Source: a virus (lineage: Duplodnaviria; Caudoviricetes). From it: a stretch of 64,000 bases of DNA. Positions within the stretch are counted from its first letter, which is position 1; every line of letters begins with the position of its first letter. A program made the translations under genes and the position numbers. Below are positions 40,801 to 51,202 of this stretch, piece after piece. The notes beneath the pieces were generated by a model. The model was not told the origin of the DNA, made no database searches, and worked only from the letters and a program-made list of their open reading frames with translations. Location: the IMG/VR virus record IMGVR_UViG_3300018430_000021, positions 96,001 through 160,000 of that record; one strand, 5' to 3'.

Positions 40801-40965
40801 CATACGTTGAAGATTGAAATTTGCCATATCGGAAGTGGCAGCTAACATTTCAAGGAACATACCTATAAGCGTTGCAGAACCAATATTCTTAAAACGCTTA
40901 TCTGTTTTAATCATTGAAAGATAGTTAGAATATAAATCTTCAAAAGTTATGCTTGTATTGTCCAT
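37861..40965 (-). CDS. baseplate wedge gp6-like (copy 2)
   Basis: FLEMLA...EGFFRTA...WGYAPRRAVPA, YLSTRGAHGN and GGENFE. Start moved to 40965 (AGGA RBS) because ATG 40989 lies within the promoter. Confidence 0.8.
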   Translation of the reverse strand: MDNTSITFEDLYSNYLSMIKTDKRFKNIGSATLIGMFLEMLAATSDMANFNLQRMSEEGFFRTAKLDSSYIKLCKNWGYAPRRAVPAQGELNIIFKGPFPKELKNLPENEKLTITLTNEQCNLSFLDMPFRLSDPIEYVFTKSDIEGCTNTSWSKRLRSVVIDSTTTETGPLTLTHDAINYGNRFPIKCYQGELKTIKFDGKDFITGLEKRKNSSNYSLVTDNNLGQRFDIDDISFSNWYGIRDPFAVNYRRKKNDSVYAPNNGLTKVYTRFKGEAGSKIFSIEDRSILLNESILTNFGANPQGDARPCICYVETNPDKTISVNFGPFSYLSQLAIEGKYDDATGTTEYPDLYVEYLSTRGAHGNKAGILESVLTNNAKLMLHTSIGVFDITNNIQFVFSGDLIGGENFEDKKEMYDNAEAYWTSQLKLVSKRDFINYFNSLSSPIDVITTLIFGLRELDNTFEVNQFKKKKEQVEDNTLDINLNFLFYVLASHMYINVGKGLYLPRNIFVKDSKEEWVNDGLVPESENMENPAMLYCDEYNDHILDYIKCLVSQESFYNYYALVQGEVEQTDPQYVKNIKEIAHNVNLLTPTNTAIMSLPPFFHYYDLVGSIEVDPGTTNLDDFKEKLNNKLYKYLDTLTLETREIYKSNLIKLCMEEDHVLNANLDLKVSNIIAPEFKQNQWNEEDQHKGVRVILNTEKLTSEYDKYKNWQNYKYDLIFNEIIIPKTDSKRKPYDLKNVTDESSIHIQFRIYNYQASGSVSNDEKASTVDHVSKFTYEEFDNYIKIYLHTPYIGTQISLPPDFASNVLYRATTDYFTDPDQASSEIQEQLNADLIAHGESPTICRLYNIIARDSNNGFVTVTSYGNNYWSDSKYEISEARAKEYRLSLKELKNLNADVLKWMKGLKIHDTADRAIDLPYNIKSFDVITRTETIMRRGDLKASEDDTLSEKEFWNYLIKVILNKYYPNITESTDIYGNDWKAAERLIIDLYKLIKPGISDSILDDNNNVVNYSMDQDIAIIRCMFDVKYQSRI

Positions 40966-41055
40966 ATTTATCCTATATAATCTATACATATTTATAGTTC
41001 TCGATAAGTCTCAATTCTTTTTATAAATAATAGAGATTATAAGATAAGGAAAACT

Positions 41056-42672
41056 ATGTTCAATCTACAATTTATTAACCCTTTTAGTGATGAATTCTTA
41101 AAACTGAAGCCATCGAATGACGAAATTCGTTCAGTCGAAGCGGCCCGAAATTCTTATGGTCGTGGTGAAGATACCATAGAATGGGACCGATTAGTCAATG
41201 GATATAATAACGGATATTATGACCCTGCGACGCCGTATGATTCCAATAATATCGTATTTGAAACCCTTTTCACCAACAAATGGCAGAAGATTAGCTGGTA
41301 TCGTTCCATGGCATTGTACCCTTTGATTAAGAAGGGTCTTAATATTATGAGCGATGAAGCCGTTTGTCCAGACTCTTACGGTAACGTAACAAAGTTCGAC
41401 CTTGCAGAGCCGTTCAAGTCCGCATTCACTGATACAGAATTCAGTGCATTGAAGATGGAATTTGATTATATTGTCGAATGTGTTATCGGTAAGGAAAACA
41501 TCTGGAACTATTATAAGAAGTGGCTTATCGATGCCGAGCTTTTCTGGGAAATCTGCCTTAACGACGCAGGTAACAAGGTCGCAGGTATTGTTCAGCTCGC
41601 CCCGCAGGCAATGCTTACAATTTATGACCGCGATTCCGATAATATCAATGGTTATATTCAGAATATCAATTTCTTGAGCCGTCAACAGGAAAAGAATGAC
41701 GAAATCAAGAAGTTCCTCCCGAACCAGATTGCTTATGTAAACTACGGTGAACCATGGTCGAACCGTAATGACATTCGCGGACATTTGGAACCTGCGATTC
41801 GCCCGCTTAACCAGTTGAGGAATATTGAAGACGCTTTGACAGTTTACCGTATTACTCGTGCAACTGAAAAACGTATCTTTAACATTTATGCTGGTCGTAT
41901 GCCGCCTGACAAGGCTGCAGCTTATGTACAGGAAATCCGCGCAAAGTATCGTAAGAATTTGACAATCGATAACCACACTGGTATGATTAATTCTACCAAG
42001 AATACTCAGGCTATGACTGAAGATTTCTTCTTCCCGAAGGATGACTCTGGTAATAGTTCTACGGTTGAACCGTTTGCTTCTGGTGCTACCTTCGCAGGTC
42101 AGCTCGATGACGTTTACATGTTCCAGAAGATGGTTATGGATGCTCTTGTAATTCCGCAGGCTCGTTGGAAAGCTGAAGAAGTGGGACAAGCTGCATATAA
42201 CCAGGGTGTTGAAGGATCCAATCTTGAAGAAGTTGCATTCCAGCGTATGAACCGCAGACTTCGTAAGAGATTCTCGGATATTATTCTTCAGGTCTTCCTT
42301 GTTCATTTGAAGGTTCGTAATTACCCGTCTAAGTTCTTGGATAAGGCTCTTTACAATATTGACTTGAATCCGGCAACTGACTTTGAACGTATGCGTGACT
42401 TGGCCATGGCTGAAAAGCGTGGCGGCGTCGTTAACACCTTGTCTCAGTTCTTGCCGACTCCGACAAATATTAAGGGTACTGATGAACTTGGTCCGCTCTT
42501 CTCCAAGCAGTTCTTTATGGAAAAGATTCTCGGTATGTCTACTCAGGAAATTCTTCTCAACAGCAAAATGTTGGATAATGAAGTTCGTCAGATGCAGGAA
42601 CAGGCTGAAGCTGTCGCTGCTGAAGGTGGAGATAAGGGTGACGATGCCGGTGGAGATGACCTTGCATATTAA
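41056..42672 (+). CDS. portal protein gp20
   Basis: LEPAIRPLNQLRNIEDALTVYRITRATEKRIF...MTEDFFFP...RLRKRFS. Confidence 0.95.
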   Translation: MFNLQFINPFSDEFLKLKPSNDEIRSVEAARNSYGRGEDTIEWDRLVNGYNNGYYDPATPYDSNNIVFETLFTNKWQKISWYRSMALYPLIKKGLNIMSDEAVCPDSYGNVTKFDLAEPFKSAFTDTEFSALKMEFDYIVECVIGKENIWNYYKKWLIDAELFWEICLNDAGNKVAGIVQLAPQAMLTIYDRDSDNINGYIQNINFLSRQQEKNDEIKKFLPNQIAYVNYGEPWSNRNDIRGHLEPAIRPLNQLRNIEDALTVYRITRATEKRIFNIYAGRMPPDKAAAYVQEIRAKYRKNLTIDNHTGMINSTKNTQAMTEDFFFPKDDSGNSSTVEPFASGATFAGQLDDVYMFQKMVMDALVIPQARWKAEEVGQAAYNQGVEGSNLEEVAFQRMNRRLRKRFSDIILQVFLVHLKVRNYPSKFLDKALYNIDLNPATDFERMRDLAMAEKRGGVVNTLSQFLPTPTNIKGTDELGPLFSKQFFMEKILGMSTQEILLNSKMLDNEVRQMQEQAEAVAAEGGDKGDDAGGDDLAY

Positions 42673-42700
42673 CTTTTATAAATAAGTATAGAGGTTTTAA

Positions 42701-43084
42701 ATGAAAAATTTGACAGAATACGTTAATGACGAAGTTAAGCTTGCCCTTAACGAGAATACGTCCCAGGTTGGACGTACCGACACTTTCTCAGGTACAGATG
42801 TTATGGGTCCGCACCATCACGAATTCTTGATTTGGAATGAATTCGGCTATGGCTGGACATCTGACGCTATATGCGAACCGGCTAACCTTAATGGTCCTAC
42901 TCCGATTACAAAGGTAGGTGGACATACTCACTTGATTCTTAACGGTGTAGTTCAGCCTTGCGGCGACGGACATACACACGTTCTTGAAACTCCGTGGAAA
43001 GTTTGTCCAGATACCCAGATTGGTAGTTGCTTGGGTCCTGGTTGCATGCCTGGAAATTGTATTCCTCCAATGGGTCAAGGTTAA
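42701..43084 (+). CDS. His/Cys-rich small protein (HxH repeats)
   Basis: PHHHEF, GHTHL, DGHTHV; late promoter at 42677-42684; GAGG RBS. Confidence 0.7.
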   Translation: MKNLTEYVNDEVKLALNENTSQVGRTDTFSGTDVMGPHHHEFLIWNEFGYGWTSDAICEPANLNGPTPITKVGGHTHLILNGVVQPCGDGHTHVLETPWKVCPDTQIGSCLGPGCMPGNCIPPMGQG

Positions 43085-43103
43085 TTTAAGTTTAACCTTT
43101 AAT

Positions 43104-43131
43104 AAAAAACCTGGTCTTTTGACCAGGTTTT
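43104..43131. terminator. bidirectional terminator
   Basis: aaaacctggtc-tttt-gaccaggtttt. Confidence 0.8.
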
Positions 43132-43135
43132 ATTT

Positions 43136-46075
43136 TTATGTATTTGCGTTATCGATTGAAGCACCGTTTTGTAGTATGACTTTTTGCGCCCATACGTGAC
43201 CAACCCAAGTTGCTGCGTTCTTGAATTCGATTGTTCCATACGGTGCGATAATTGTACCAGCATTGGAAGTACCTTGAACACCGATAGAAGCAGTAGCATT
43301 GCCACCATAGTAAAGACGGAAGTCGAACGGACCATCACTTCTTTCAACGAGGGTAATATTATTATTCAATACGATATTATTTGCATAAATCATAACTGAA
43401 CGGTCTGTACCATCTTCAGAAGAACCATTTTCAATTCTGAATGTTGTAGCAACTTCAGTATAGATTGTATCGAAATAATATTTACCAGGATAGAATGTAA
43501 CAACTTTGGAATTATCTCGGTTATCAACATCCAAACGGTTGTAATGACCAATGGTATATGTACCAGGTGCACCGAATATGTCATTATTGGAATAATCACC
43601 AGTGCCAGTCTCTACTGCTTCTGCAGAAATTCCAGGCATATCTGGATAAACTGGATTTTCCCAGGTTTCGATATGGTTAATACGACCACCGTTCTGATAA
43701 TTATATGAACAGTTCGGACCGCCATAAACAGTATCAATGGTAGTTCCATTTAAAGAAACAGAATTACCAATATATATAGGCTTGTCGAATGTCGAAGGGT
43801 TATTACAAGTTATAGCCTGTGCCGAAAGTGTTCCATAGAAATGGTTTGTACTATTTGTTGTAACAGTACAACCTGCAGCGACAGCAATATTCGAATAAAT
43901 GGTTGCACCATTTTCAACGATTAAGTTTCTACAAGCAAGGTCTTTACTTCCGATGCTACCGCCGTTAATAGTTAAATCAGAAAGACTGTAAAGACTGAAG
44001 TTAGCCAAGTAGTTATATGGATAAATATCTGGTTTAACAATCTTATATTTCCACCAATCAGATGTAGCTGTAGCAGAAGTTTCGTCAATTATATCCCTAA
44101 CTGGTTTATTAGGAATATCTGCTTCCATCCAAGCACTTACACTGAAATTTGTTGCGCTGTGTTCACGTGTAAGCGAAATATTGTAAGCTGTAAAGTATAC
44201 ATCGCCATTTGATGCATAATTGCTAAAATCCGGATTGGAAACAGAACCATCTGGATTATTAAATAAGTATTTAAAATTATTAGAATCTCTATATTCGACA
44301 TTCGGATTATTAACTATTATTCGTGCAGAACCAGCATGCGGCAATTCTTCTTTATCGTTAGAAATCCAATGTGCACCATCTTCAATTTCTTCTGGATAAT
44401 AATTATCAATATCTATTAAAAATCTCTGGAAGTATGGAATAGGTTCATCTTGATGATAGAAACGATAAGAACGAGAAGCCGCACTTGTTGCTTCTTTTAC
44501 CTTTGCAGCTACGTAATCATCTGTGTCATATACGTTCCAAGCATATAATGTTAATTCTGGAGATTGTTCTGTAGTAATATCAATATTAGTATAATCAACA
44601 TATAACGTTGTATCGTTGTAACTAAAGAACGGACCAGAAATACTAGCAACAGAATCTTTACCGATTAATTCAACATAGATACCTTTTGCACCTGCAACAT
44701 TATCGGCATAAATTGTATAGAATATGTCATTATTTGTATTTGCGATAATATAATGCAATTCACCTTTTTGGTCATTAGTGATTTTACCGTCTTCTGGAAC
44801 CATAACGGCACCAGTAATTTGTAATCTATTTAATGGAGTCTTTTTATAAGTCCAGTCTGCTTCGTCAAAACCTTCAGTCTGTGTTTTTACGGCTTCATCA
44901 GACCAATATTCATGTTCGAAATTAAGATATGCTCTTACAAGAATATGAGTAGTGATTGGTTCATCTAATTCTTTTACATTTTCAAAAGCGATTGGAAGCG
45001 TAAAGGTTAAATGACCGTCAGCGTCAAACTCTAAATCATATCTTGTTGTAGTATTACCGTCTTGTGTTATTTCAACTACAACTGGTTTTGTATAATATGA
45101 AATATTCGGATTAGTAATTGTTACCAGAGCATTAGCCGTTGGACTTGTACGATTTAAGGTACCGCCTGTAACAGAAACAAGTAATGGACTTAGCATTTCC
45201 GGAGCAGGAACACCGTTTACGTTAATATCAAAAACTAGTTTATTCTTATGTAATTTATCGTCATCTGCAGAAATGTATTGTTTAAATTCCTGATAAACCA
45301 GACTTGCCGCATAACCGTCTTCAAAAGGAATAGTTACAGATGCAGTAGTTTCCGCAGATGTATATGTAATATCATAGGATTCATTGGTAGTTTCATCGTA
45401 AAGATATGACGCTACGGAAGCGATTTCAACGGGGTCTATTTTACTGTCAACTACATCGATAAATGCGGATAATGAACTATAATAACATGGAACGTTTGTA
45501 TCTGGATTATATGTATTTACATAAATTCCATCTAGGTCACCGGCAAGATAATCTGTAGTTACACGATTGGTTTCCGGAGATTCAATAGGTACATCATAAT
45601 CAAATCCTTGACGTTCATTTGGTTCTGGTAAAACTGGATCTTCAGCAGCAGGGTCAACCTGTACTAATTTTGGACCACGTAATATTTTTGGAAGAAGTAT
45701 AGAATTAAATACTGCTTCTTTGTTATCATCGAAATGAATAGTAATTTTTGAACTATTAAAACCAACTTCAGTGTTATCCTTTTTACAGGACATTAACTGC
45801 TTAAAATAGAAAGTATATGCACCGTCTACATACATGAGAAGACCGTTGTGGTCATAAAAACTCAACTTTTCACGTTTACTGAAATCTGGGTCATTATTCG
45901 TAATACCATACATAGGAAACTTATCAAAAGATATAGTATTAGAAGTATTGGTATATAAATCATCAATAGTGACACTAAAATCTTCACTATTTAAATACGG
46001 TCTAATATCTTCTGTAAATGTAAGTTTAGCCTCATATGCACTAATTTCTATATTTTCTGATATTGTGTAATCCAT
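43136..46075 (-). CDS. large virion protein with a C-terminal beta-helix (adhesin-like) domain
   Basis: C-terminal PGKYYF...GTIIAPYGTI...WVGHVWAQKV; CATAAATA-N4-ATG start. Confidence 0.6.
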   Translation of the reverse strand: MDYTISENIEISAYEAKLTFTEDIRPYLNSEDFSVTIDDLYTNTSNTISFDKFPMYGITNNDPDFSKREKLSFYDHNGLLMYVDGAYTFYFKQLMSCKKDNTEVGFNSSKITIHFDDNKEAVFNSILLPKILRGPKLVQVDPAAEDPVLPEPNERQGFDYDVPIESPETNRVTTDYLAGDLDGIYVNTYNPDTNVPCYYSSLSAFIDVVDSKIDPVEIASVASYLYDETTNESYDITYTSAETTASVTIPFEDGYAASLVYQEFKQYISADDDKLHKNKLVFDINVNGVPAPEMLSPLLVSVTGGTLNRTSPTANALVTITNPNISYYTKPVVVEITQDGNTTTRYDLEFDADGHLTFTLPIAFENVKELDEPITTHILVRAYLNFEHEYWSDEAVKTQTEGFDEADWTYKKTPLNRLQITGAVMVPEDGKITNDQKGELHYIIANTNNDIFYTIYADNVAGAKGIYVELIGKDSVASISGPFFSYNDTTLYVDYTNIDITTEQSPELTLYAWNVYDTDDYVAAKVKEATSAASRSYRFYHQDEPIPYFQRFLIDIDNYYPEEIEDGAHWISNDKEELPHAGSARIIVNNPNVEYRDSNNFKYLFNNPDGSVSNPDFSNYASNGDVYFTAYNISLTREHSATNFSVSAWMEADIPNKPVRDIIDETSATATSDWWKYKIVKPDIYPYNYLANFSLYSLSDLTINGGSIGSKDLACRNLIVENGATIYSNIAVAAGCTVTTNSTNHFYGTLSAQAITCNNPSTFDKPIYIGNSVSLNGTTIDTVYGGPNCSYNYQNGGRINHIETWENPVYPDMPGISAEAVETGTGDYSNNDIFGAPGTYTIGHYNRLDVDNRDNSKVVTFYPGKYYFDTIYTEVATTFRIENGSSEDGTDRSVMIYANNIVLNNNITLVERSDGPFDFRLYYGGNATASIGVQGTSNAGTIIAPYGTIEFKNAATWVGHVWAQKVILQNGASIDNANT

Positions 46076-46094
46076 ACTATATTTATGAGATAAG

Positions 46095-46124
46095 AAAAAT
46101 CACTCACCGGAAGTGAGTGATTTT
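46095..46124. terminator. terminator after the sheath gene
   Basis: aaaatcactcac-cggaa-gtgagtgatttt. Confidence 0.8.
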
Positions 46125-46147
46125 AAATAATCAGAATCAGTTAAGAA

Positions 46148-49100
46148 TTAACCTTCTTCAACACTAACGCCGCGGCTACGGTTGATGATAATCTTAACAT
46201 CGATGAATTCGATTGCACTGATAGGTACGAGTCGAATATTTACGTTCATGATTGTCGGATCTTCCGGATCCTGTGTGACGCTCAATGCGTAAGATTCGAT
46301 ACCTTCAGCTGCCTTAACACGCTGTAAGAACGAGTCAATATCGTTACGTGCGGACGAACGAGTATTAACGGAGTTCTGCATGAAGAGGTACGGAGTCATC
46401 ATGTTTTCGAGCTGCTTTTCAACGTAGTTCAAGCAACGACGGACGTTGATACGGTTGAGGAGGCTGTTCTTCTTGAGAGCAGTTTTCTGACCCCAAAGAA
46501 CGACACCATAACCACCACAATCACGGGTTGTATTGACGTTGTTATCGTAGAGCTGACCGATTTCGTTATCGGTGAGACGGAGCAACTGACCGGTTGTGTA
46601 CGGGATTGTACCACGAGCAACACCAGCAGGAGCCATCCAAGGATATTCGAAAGTATCGCAGTGAGCCATTGCGCAAGCACCAGCGACAGACTTCGGTAAG
46701 TAAATCCAAGCAGCGAGAGCAGCATTATAATACTTATCGTAACCACCGTATTCAGCGATATACGAACCGTTTGCAAAGCTGAACATCTTAGCTTCGGAAA
46801 TCATAGCCTTACAAGTCTTTGCAGCCTTGGAAGTAACCTGAACGACACCCATATCCATTGTGCGGTTTGCAGCAATTTCAGCAATCTTGCGCTGGTGAGC
46901 GCTGAAGCGCTGACGACCATTGAATGTATCAATAGCATCAACGTTAAATAAGATGTCAAAATCTGCCTTCTGACGGTCACGATAGAAGTTAAGGGCAGCA
47001 GTCTTTTCAGAGATGTTATTCTTCTGAGAGTTGCGACCACCGTTGAGAGCGTAAACAGAGTAAGTCTGTTTTGGCTGACGGTAATTACCCTTACAGTCAA
47101 TAGCTGTGCCAGCAGAGTTACGAGAAACATAGATGTAATCGGAGTGACCGTTAATTACAGTCGGAGCATAGAGCGGATTACCGTCAGCATCCTTAGCAAG
47201 CGGGTCAGTCGAAACATACCATGATTCAGCAGGATCCTTCAAGAGAGCATCCATACCGGTACCCCAAGCACCAGCAGCGGTCTGAGTCTTGTTCTTGACA
47301 TAAACGTTAATACGGAAAACCTTCTTCCAAGTCAAATCCTGTGGGTTCTGGTCAATATCAGAAGTGTCCTTGTCAACCAAGTCTTCATCATCGTAAGCAT
47401 ACTTCCAGTTGAAAGCATTTTGATGCTGGAGAGCCTTGATATTGGCACATTCAGTAGTGATGATAGAAACACCGACGTCATTACCATACTTACCAGGACC
47501 GATGGAAGCGATAACGAGCTGGTCTGGGAGGCTGACATACTTTTCAATATCGCCGTTACCAGGTTCGTCTTCAGATTGGGTCAAGATGGTATAACCTTCG
47601 GCATAAGTCTTATCAACTGAGTTAACGAGATAAGAAGTCGGAGTTGCAACAATGTTGTCAACAGTCTTACGTTCGCCATTGGTGTAGTAAGTATATTCCG
47701 GAGTAATCGGGTTGATTGCCGGTTGAACAGGGTCAGCAGCAAATACCGGAACCTTCTTAAACTTACCTGCAACATCGTCAGCTATGAGGTAGAACAAAGT
47801 CTTATTCAACTTATTCTGAATCTGTGCAGGAGTGTCCTTAACAATACGTTCGACAATATCGAGATTGTTGAGAACACTTACGTAACGCAAGTATGTATAA
47901 TTGCTGATTTCAGAAACGTCGTTGACACCGTTATCATCCATCACACGAAGAATAATCTGACGTGGGGTAGTAGTAGAGTTGGTAATCGGGTCATAAGTTT
48001 CTGTTTCGTTATCCTTATACATGTCGGAAACATTGCATGCGGAGAAGATGTTTTCGGTCTTATGAGCAGCATCAGTAATTTCAGAAACCATGTAGTTGCT
48101 AACAATATCATGAGTTTCATCAACATAACCATATTCGGTATAAGAAATACCAGAAACGGTGCCCTTCTCATAATCATTTACACCATCATCAATAGTATCA
48201 GCATCAACATAGTATGCCTTCGGAGTATCTGGGTCTTCCCAGTCAATGATAGACATCTTATATGCGTCAGCAGCACGATAACCGCTGGTTGCAGCTGGAG
48301 TCCATGCATTGCCATCGATAAAATGATTCGGGTCATAGAAGTTTGCGGAGGTGAAAATATCCTTATAAGCAACACCGGACTGTGCCCATGTGCTAACTTC
48401 ACTATTCTTGCCCCAGAACTGAATAGTTGTCGGAGCCTTATTCAAGGTATCGTCAGCAGGAACGGTGATAGCAACTTCACGTTCGCCATTGCCACCCTGA
48501 GTAGAAGTTAAGAAAGTAATCATTCCAGAAGCAACAGAACCTGTTGCCCAAGCTGCGCTTGTGAAAATAAGTTCGTCATCAGAAGAAATGTTACCATCAA
48601 AACGTTTTGGATAATTAACGTGAACACCCTTCAAAACATTCGGGTTATCTTTTGGCTTCTGTGCAAGCTGCTTATAAACAACAATATCGGTATTCTTGGA
48701 AAGAATATCGGTAAAGATGTCATAGCGACCTTCTTGGAAAAGATAGAAATTATCTTCAGCCTTTTTGACAGTTGGATCTGGCAACTGCCATTCACCACCG
48801 TTTTCGTCGCCGGTAAGCGGGTCAAGATTAGTATCTACTGAACTAAGCTTCGGAATAAGATTTAACTGATAGTCGCCCTGAGAGTCGACATATTTAAAAA
48901 CACCAGTATTGTCATCGGTATTCTTGATTGTTGCATCCGGATAAGCAAACTGGAGTTGTGCGTACTGTTCATCACCCATGGTTGCACGAACGGCATAAAG
49001 CTGGGTGGAATTTGCGAAATAGTTTTCGGCAGCGAAGTGACCGTAGTCGGTCAATGATTCCGGTTCGCCGAAGACTTCTACGAATTCATTATAGTTACGG

Positions 49101-49237
49101 GTAACGATACGCTGGTTAACTGGACCCTTATTGGACTTCATAACGATAGCGCCAATGCCTAAACCTGGTTCGGTTTCGGTACGGATCGTATTGTCGATTT
49201 CCGTAAATTTAATTCCGGGCACTGTATATTTTGCCAT
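46148..49237 (-). CDS. tail sheath protein gp18 (with a large insertion)
   Basis: PGIKFTEID, KGPVNQ...FGEP, WMAPAGVARG, WGQKT and RINVRR motifs. Confidence 0.95.
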   Translation of the reverse strand: MAKYTVPGIKFTEIDNTIRTETEPGLGIGAIVMKSNKGPVNQRIVTRNYNEFVEVFGEPESLTDYGHFAAENYFANSTQLYAVRATMGDEQYAQLQFAYPDATIKNTDDNTGVFKYVDSQGDYQLNLIPKLSSVDTNLDPLTGDENGGEWQLPDPTVKKAEDNFYLFQEGRYDIFTDILSKNTDIVVYKQLAQKPKDNPNVLKGVHVNYPKRFDGNISSDDELIFTSAAWATGSVASGMITFLTSTQGGNGEREVAITVPADDTLNKAPTTIQFWGKNSEVSTWAQSGVAYKDIFTSANFYDPNHFIDGNAWTPAATSGYRAADAYKMSIIDWEDPDTPKAYYVDADTIDDGVNDYEKGTVSGISYTEYGYVDETHDIVSNYMVSEITDAAHKTENIFSACNVSDMYKDNETETYDPITNSTTTPRQIILRVMDDNGVNDVSEISNYTYLRYVSVLNNLDIVERIVKDTPAQIQNKLNKTLFYLIADDVAGKFKKVPVFAADPVQPAINPITPEYTYYTNGERKTVDNIVATPTSYLVNSVDKTYAEGYTILTQSEDEPGNGDIEKYVSLPDQLVIASIGPGKYGNDVGVSIITTECANIKALQHQNAFNWKYAYDDEDLVDKDTSDIDQNPQDLTWKKVFRINVYVKNKTQTAAGAWGTGMDALLKDPAESWYVSTDPLAKDADGNPLYAPTVINGHSDYIYVSRNSAGTAIDCKGNYRQPKQTYSVYALNGGRNSQKNNISEKTAALNFYRDRQKADFDILFNVDAIDTFNGRQRFSAHQRKIAEIAANRTMDMGVVQVTSKAAKTCKAMISEAKMFSFANGSYIAEYGGYDKYYNAALAAWIYLPKSVAGACAMAHCDTFEYPWMAPAGVARGTIPYTTGQLLRLTDNEIGQLYDNNVNTTRDCGGYGVVLWGQKTALKKNSLLNRINVRRCLNYVEKQLENMMTPYLFMQNSVNTRSSARNDIDSFLQRVKAAEGIESYALSVTQDPEDPTIMNVNIRLVPISAIEFIDVKIIINRSRGVSVEEG

Positions 49238-49429
49238 AGAATCTCCTAAAAATTAAAAATTAACAAAAATATAGAAATTTCACTCACTCACTTATGTAAA
49301 CTATATATTATTTATATCAGGAATTTCAGAAGAACTGCCCGAAAATGAAATTTTCTTGATTTTTGACTCAATATCGATATTATATAATTCTATAAATAAT
49401 ACAAAGCTTAAATAATTAAGGAGATTTTT

Positions 49430-50017
49430 ATGGCAGAACAAAATAATATGTCGGTTTTTACGACAAGCATTGTAAATAAGCCAGACCTCGTTAAGCAATA
49501 TCTATTTCAGGTTAACTTTTTGTACGAGAAGGGTTCCGCACTTTCAGATATTCTTGACACCGAAGAGTTGATGCTCTGCGCTAAGACTATGACGATTCCT
49601 CAGAAGGAATTCAATACTATCGAAACTCATTACATGGGTTCTAAGCTTGTATATCCGGGTAAGGCCACGGTCGCAGGTGAATTCACCGTTCAGTTCGATG
49701 AATTCCAGGATTTGTCCGTTTCTATCGCCTTGCACCGTTGGGCTAACTTGCTTTTCAGCCAGGGTTTTGAAAATGATATTGATGTGGCCGGTCGTGTAAC
49801 TGGTGGTGCTTCGTCTAACTACGCTAAGGACTATACCGCTACGGTTGAAATTCTTCTTTATGATTCCACATTGAAGAAGCTCCTCCCTATCAAGTGGGTT
49901 CTCTATCGTGTATTCCCGAAGACTATCGCTACTTCTGACCTCGGTGCTGAACAGGAAGGCAAGGTTACTCGTAACTGTACATTCAGCTATTCGAACTTCG
50001 AAATGGTTACAACCTAA
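49430..50017 (+). CDS. tail tube protein gp19
   Basis: LFQVNF...CAKTMTIP...YMGSKLVYPG...VFPKTI...FSYSNF; promoter at 49391-49398; AGGAG RBS. Confidence 0.85.
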   Translation: MAEQNNMSVFTTSIVNKPDLVKQYLFQVNFLYEKGSALSDILDTEELMLCAKTMTIPQKEFNTIETHYMGSKLVYPGKATVAGEFTVQFDEFQDLSVSIALHRWANLLFSQGFENDIDVAGRVTGGASSNYAKDYTATVEILLYDSTLKKLLPIKWVLYRVFPKTIATSDLGAEQEGKVTRNCTFSYSNFEMVTT

Positions 50018-50038
50018 TAGTTCTGGACATTTATATTC

Positions 50039-50064
50039 AAGACCGGGTAAAACCGGTCTTTTTT
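50039..50064. terminator. terminator after the tube gene, immediately followed by TATAAATA
   Basis: aagaccgg-gtaaaa-ccggtctt-tttt. Confidence 0.75.
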
Positions 50065-50091
50065 ATAAATAGAATAATAGAAGAGGATAAA

Positions 50092-51054
50092 ATGTATAAA
50101 ACTCCAACATTTTTTAAGACAAAATTTGAAAAGTACGCCACAAAGGTCTTGAAAAAGCTCAAGTCTCTTGGTGTCGATACTGAAAGATATATCGGTAAAA
50201 TTCTGGATATTATTACTGACTATTATGACGAAGTAGATACAGACTATGCCGCTCAGTGTATTAAATTCGAACTTACTCGTGACTTCGGCCGAGAAAAGAT
50301 TGGCCTTCATGGCATTCGCGAATCTGTAGGTTCTGATATTGATACATTCATCGACAATACCCTTGACGCCCTCAATTTGCAGGCTGATAAGGAAATCTAC
50401 GATTATTATAATAGTAACCGTGATGAAATCGCCCCGTTCTATAACGGTGGAAAGACTGACCCGATTGATGCTGCTGATGAGCTGATTAAGTTCTATAATG
50501 AAGATAAGAATGGCAATAACGGCACAGACGAGACAAGTTTGGCAAAATTACAGAAGTTGTTCCGTTCTGGTAATATTATGAAGAACCCGAATTCTGCCGA
50601 TGGCCAATGGGCTACTCCAGATTATCCTATTTCTTATGCGATTTCTGAAAATGATGTTGAAACACTTAAGGATTATAGAGAAAACGGTATTCCGTCCAGT
50701 CTTATAACAGGAGACGACGAAGATACTGAAAGAATCCCGTTTAACCAGCAGATTAATACTGAATTCGTTCAGGATTATGCTCTTCTGACTAAGAATGTGG
50801 CTCTTGAAGGTAAGTCAATCGATGATGCTTTGGACTTTATGGACCAATTTGTTGACAATTTTGTCATTTCACCGTATGACTTATATAATATATTCGCAAA
50901 TAAGACGGGTGATGACCAGGTTCTTTATAATATGATTATCAATTATAACGATAATACGACTAGTGAAGAGGCTGATTATTTTGGTGTTCCGCTCGAAGAT
51001 TTGGTCGAATTTGCCCAAACCGAGCTTTTAGGACCCTCGACAGACATTGATTAA
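50092..51054 (+). CDS. hypothetical acidic protein
   Basis: 320 aa; late promoter and GAGGA RBS. Confidence 0.7.
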   Translation: MYKTPTFFKTKFEKYATKVLKKLKSLGVDTERYIGKILDIITDYYDEVDTDYAAQCIKFELTRDFGREKIGLHGIRESVGSDIDTFIDNTLDALNLQADKEIYDYYNSNRDEIAPFYNGGKTDPIDAADELIKFYNEDKNGNNGTDETSLAKLQKLFRSGNIMKNPNSADGQWATPDYPISYAISENDVETLKDYRENGIPSSLITGDDEDTERIPFNQQINTEFVQDYALLTKNVALEGKSIDDALDFMDQFVDNFVISPYDLYNIFANKTGDDQVLYNMIINYNDNTTSEEADYFGVPLEDLVEFAQTELLGPSTDID

Positions 51055-51202
51055 CCCTAAATATTCAAAAATATTAAGATTAATAAGGACCATTAATCAT
51101 ATGGTCCTTTTGTCTTTTTGCGAATTTTCCAATTTTTCAAGTATAAATAAAATATAAAAACGGTAAAAGTTTTTAAAAATCTAAACTATATTGGAGGATT
51201 CA

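Noticed and set aside
42620-42672. GDDAGGDD shared between the portal C-terminus and the 21504 protein
   Set aside because: This is low-complexity acidic Gly sequence, so the match could easily arise by chance.
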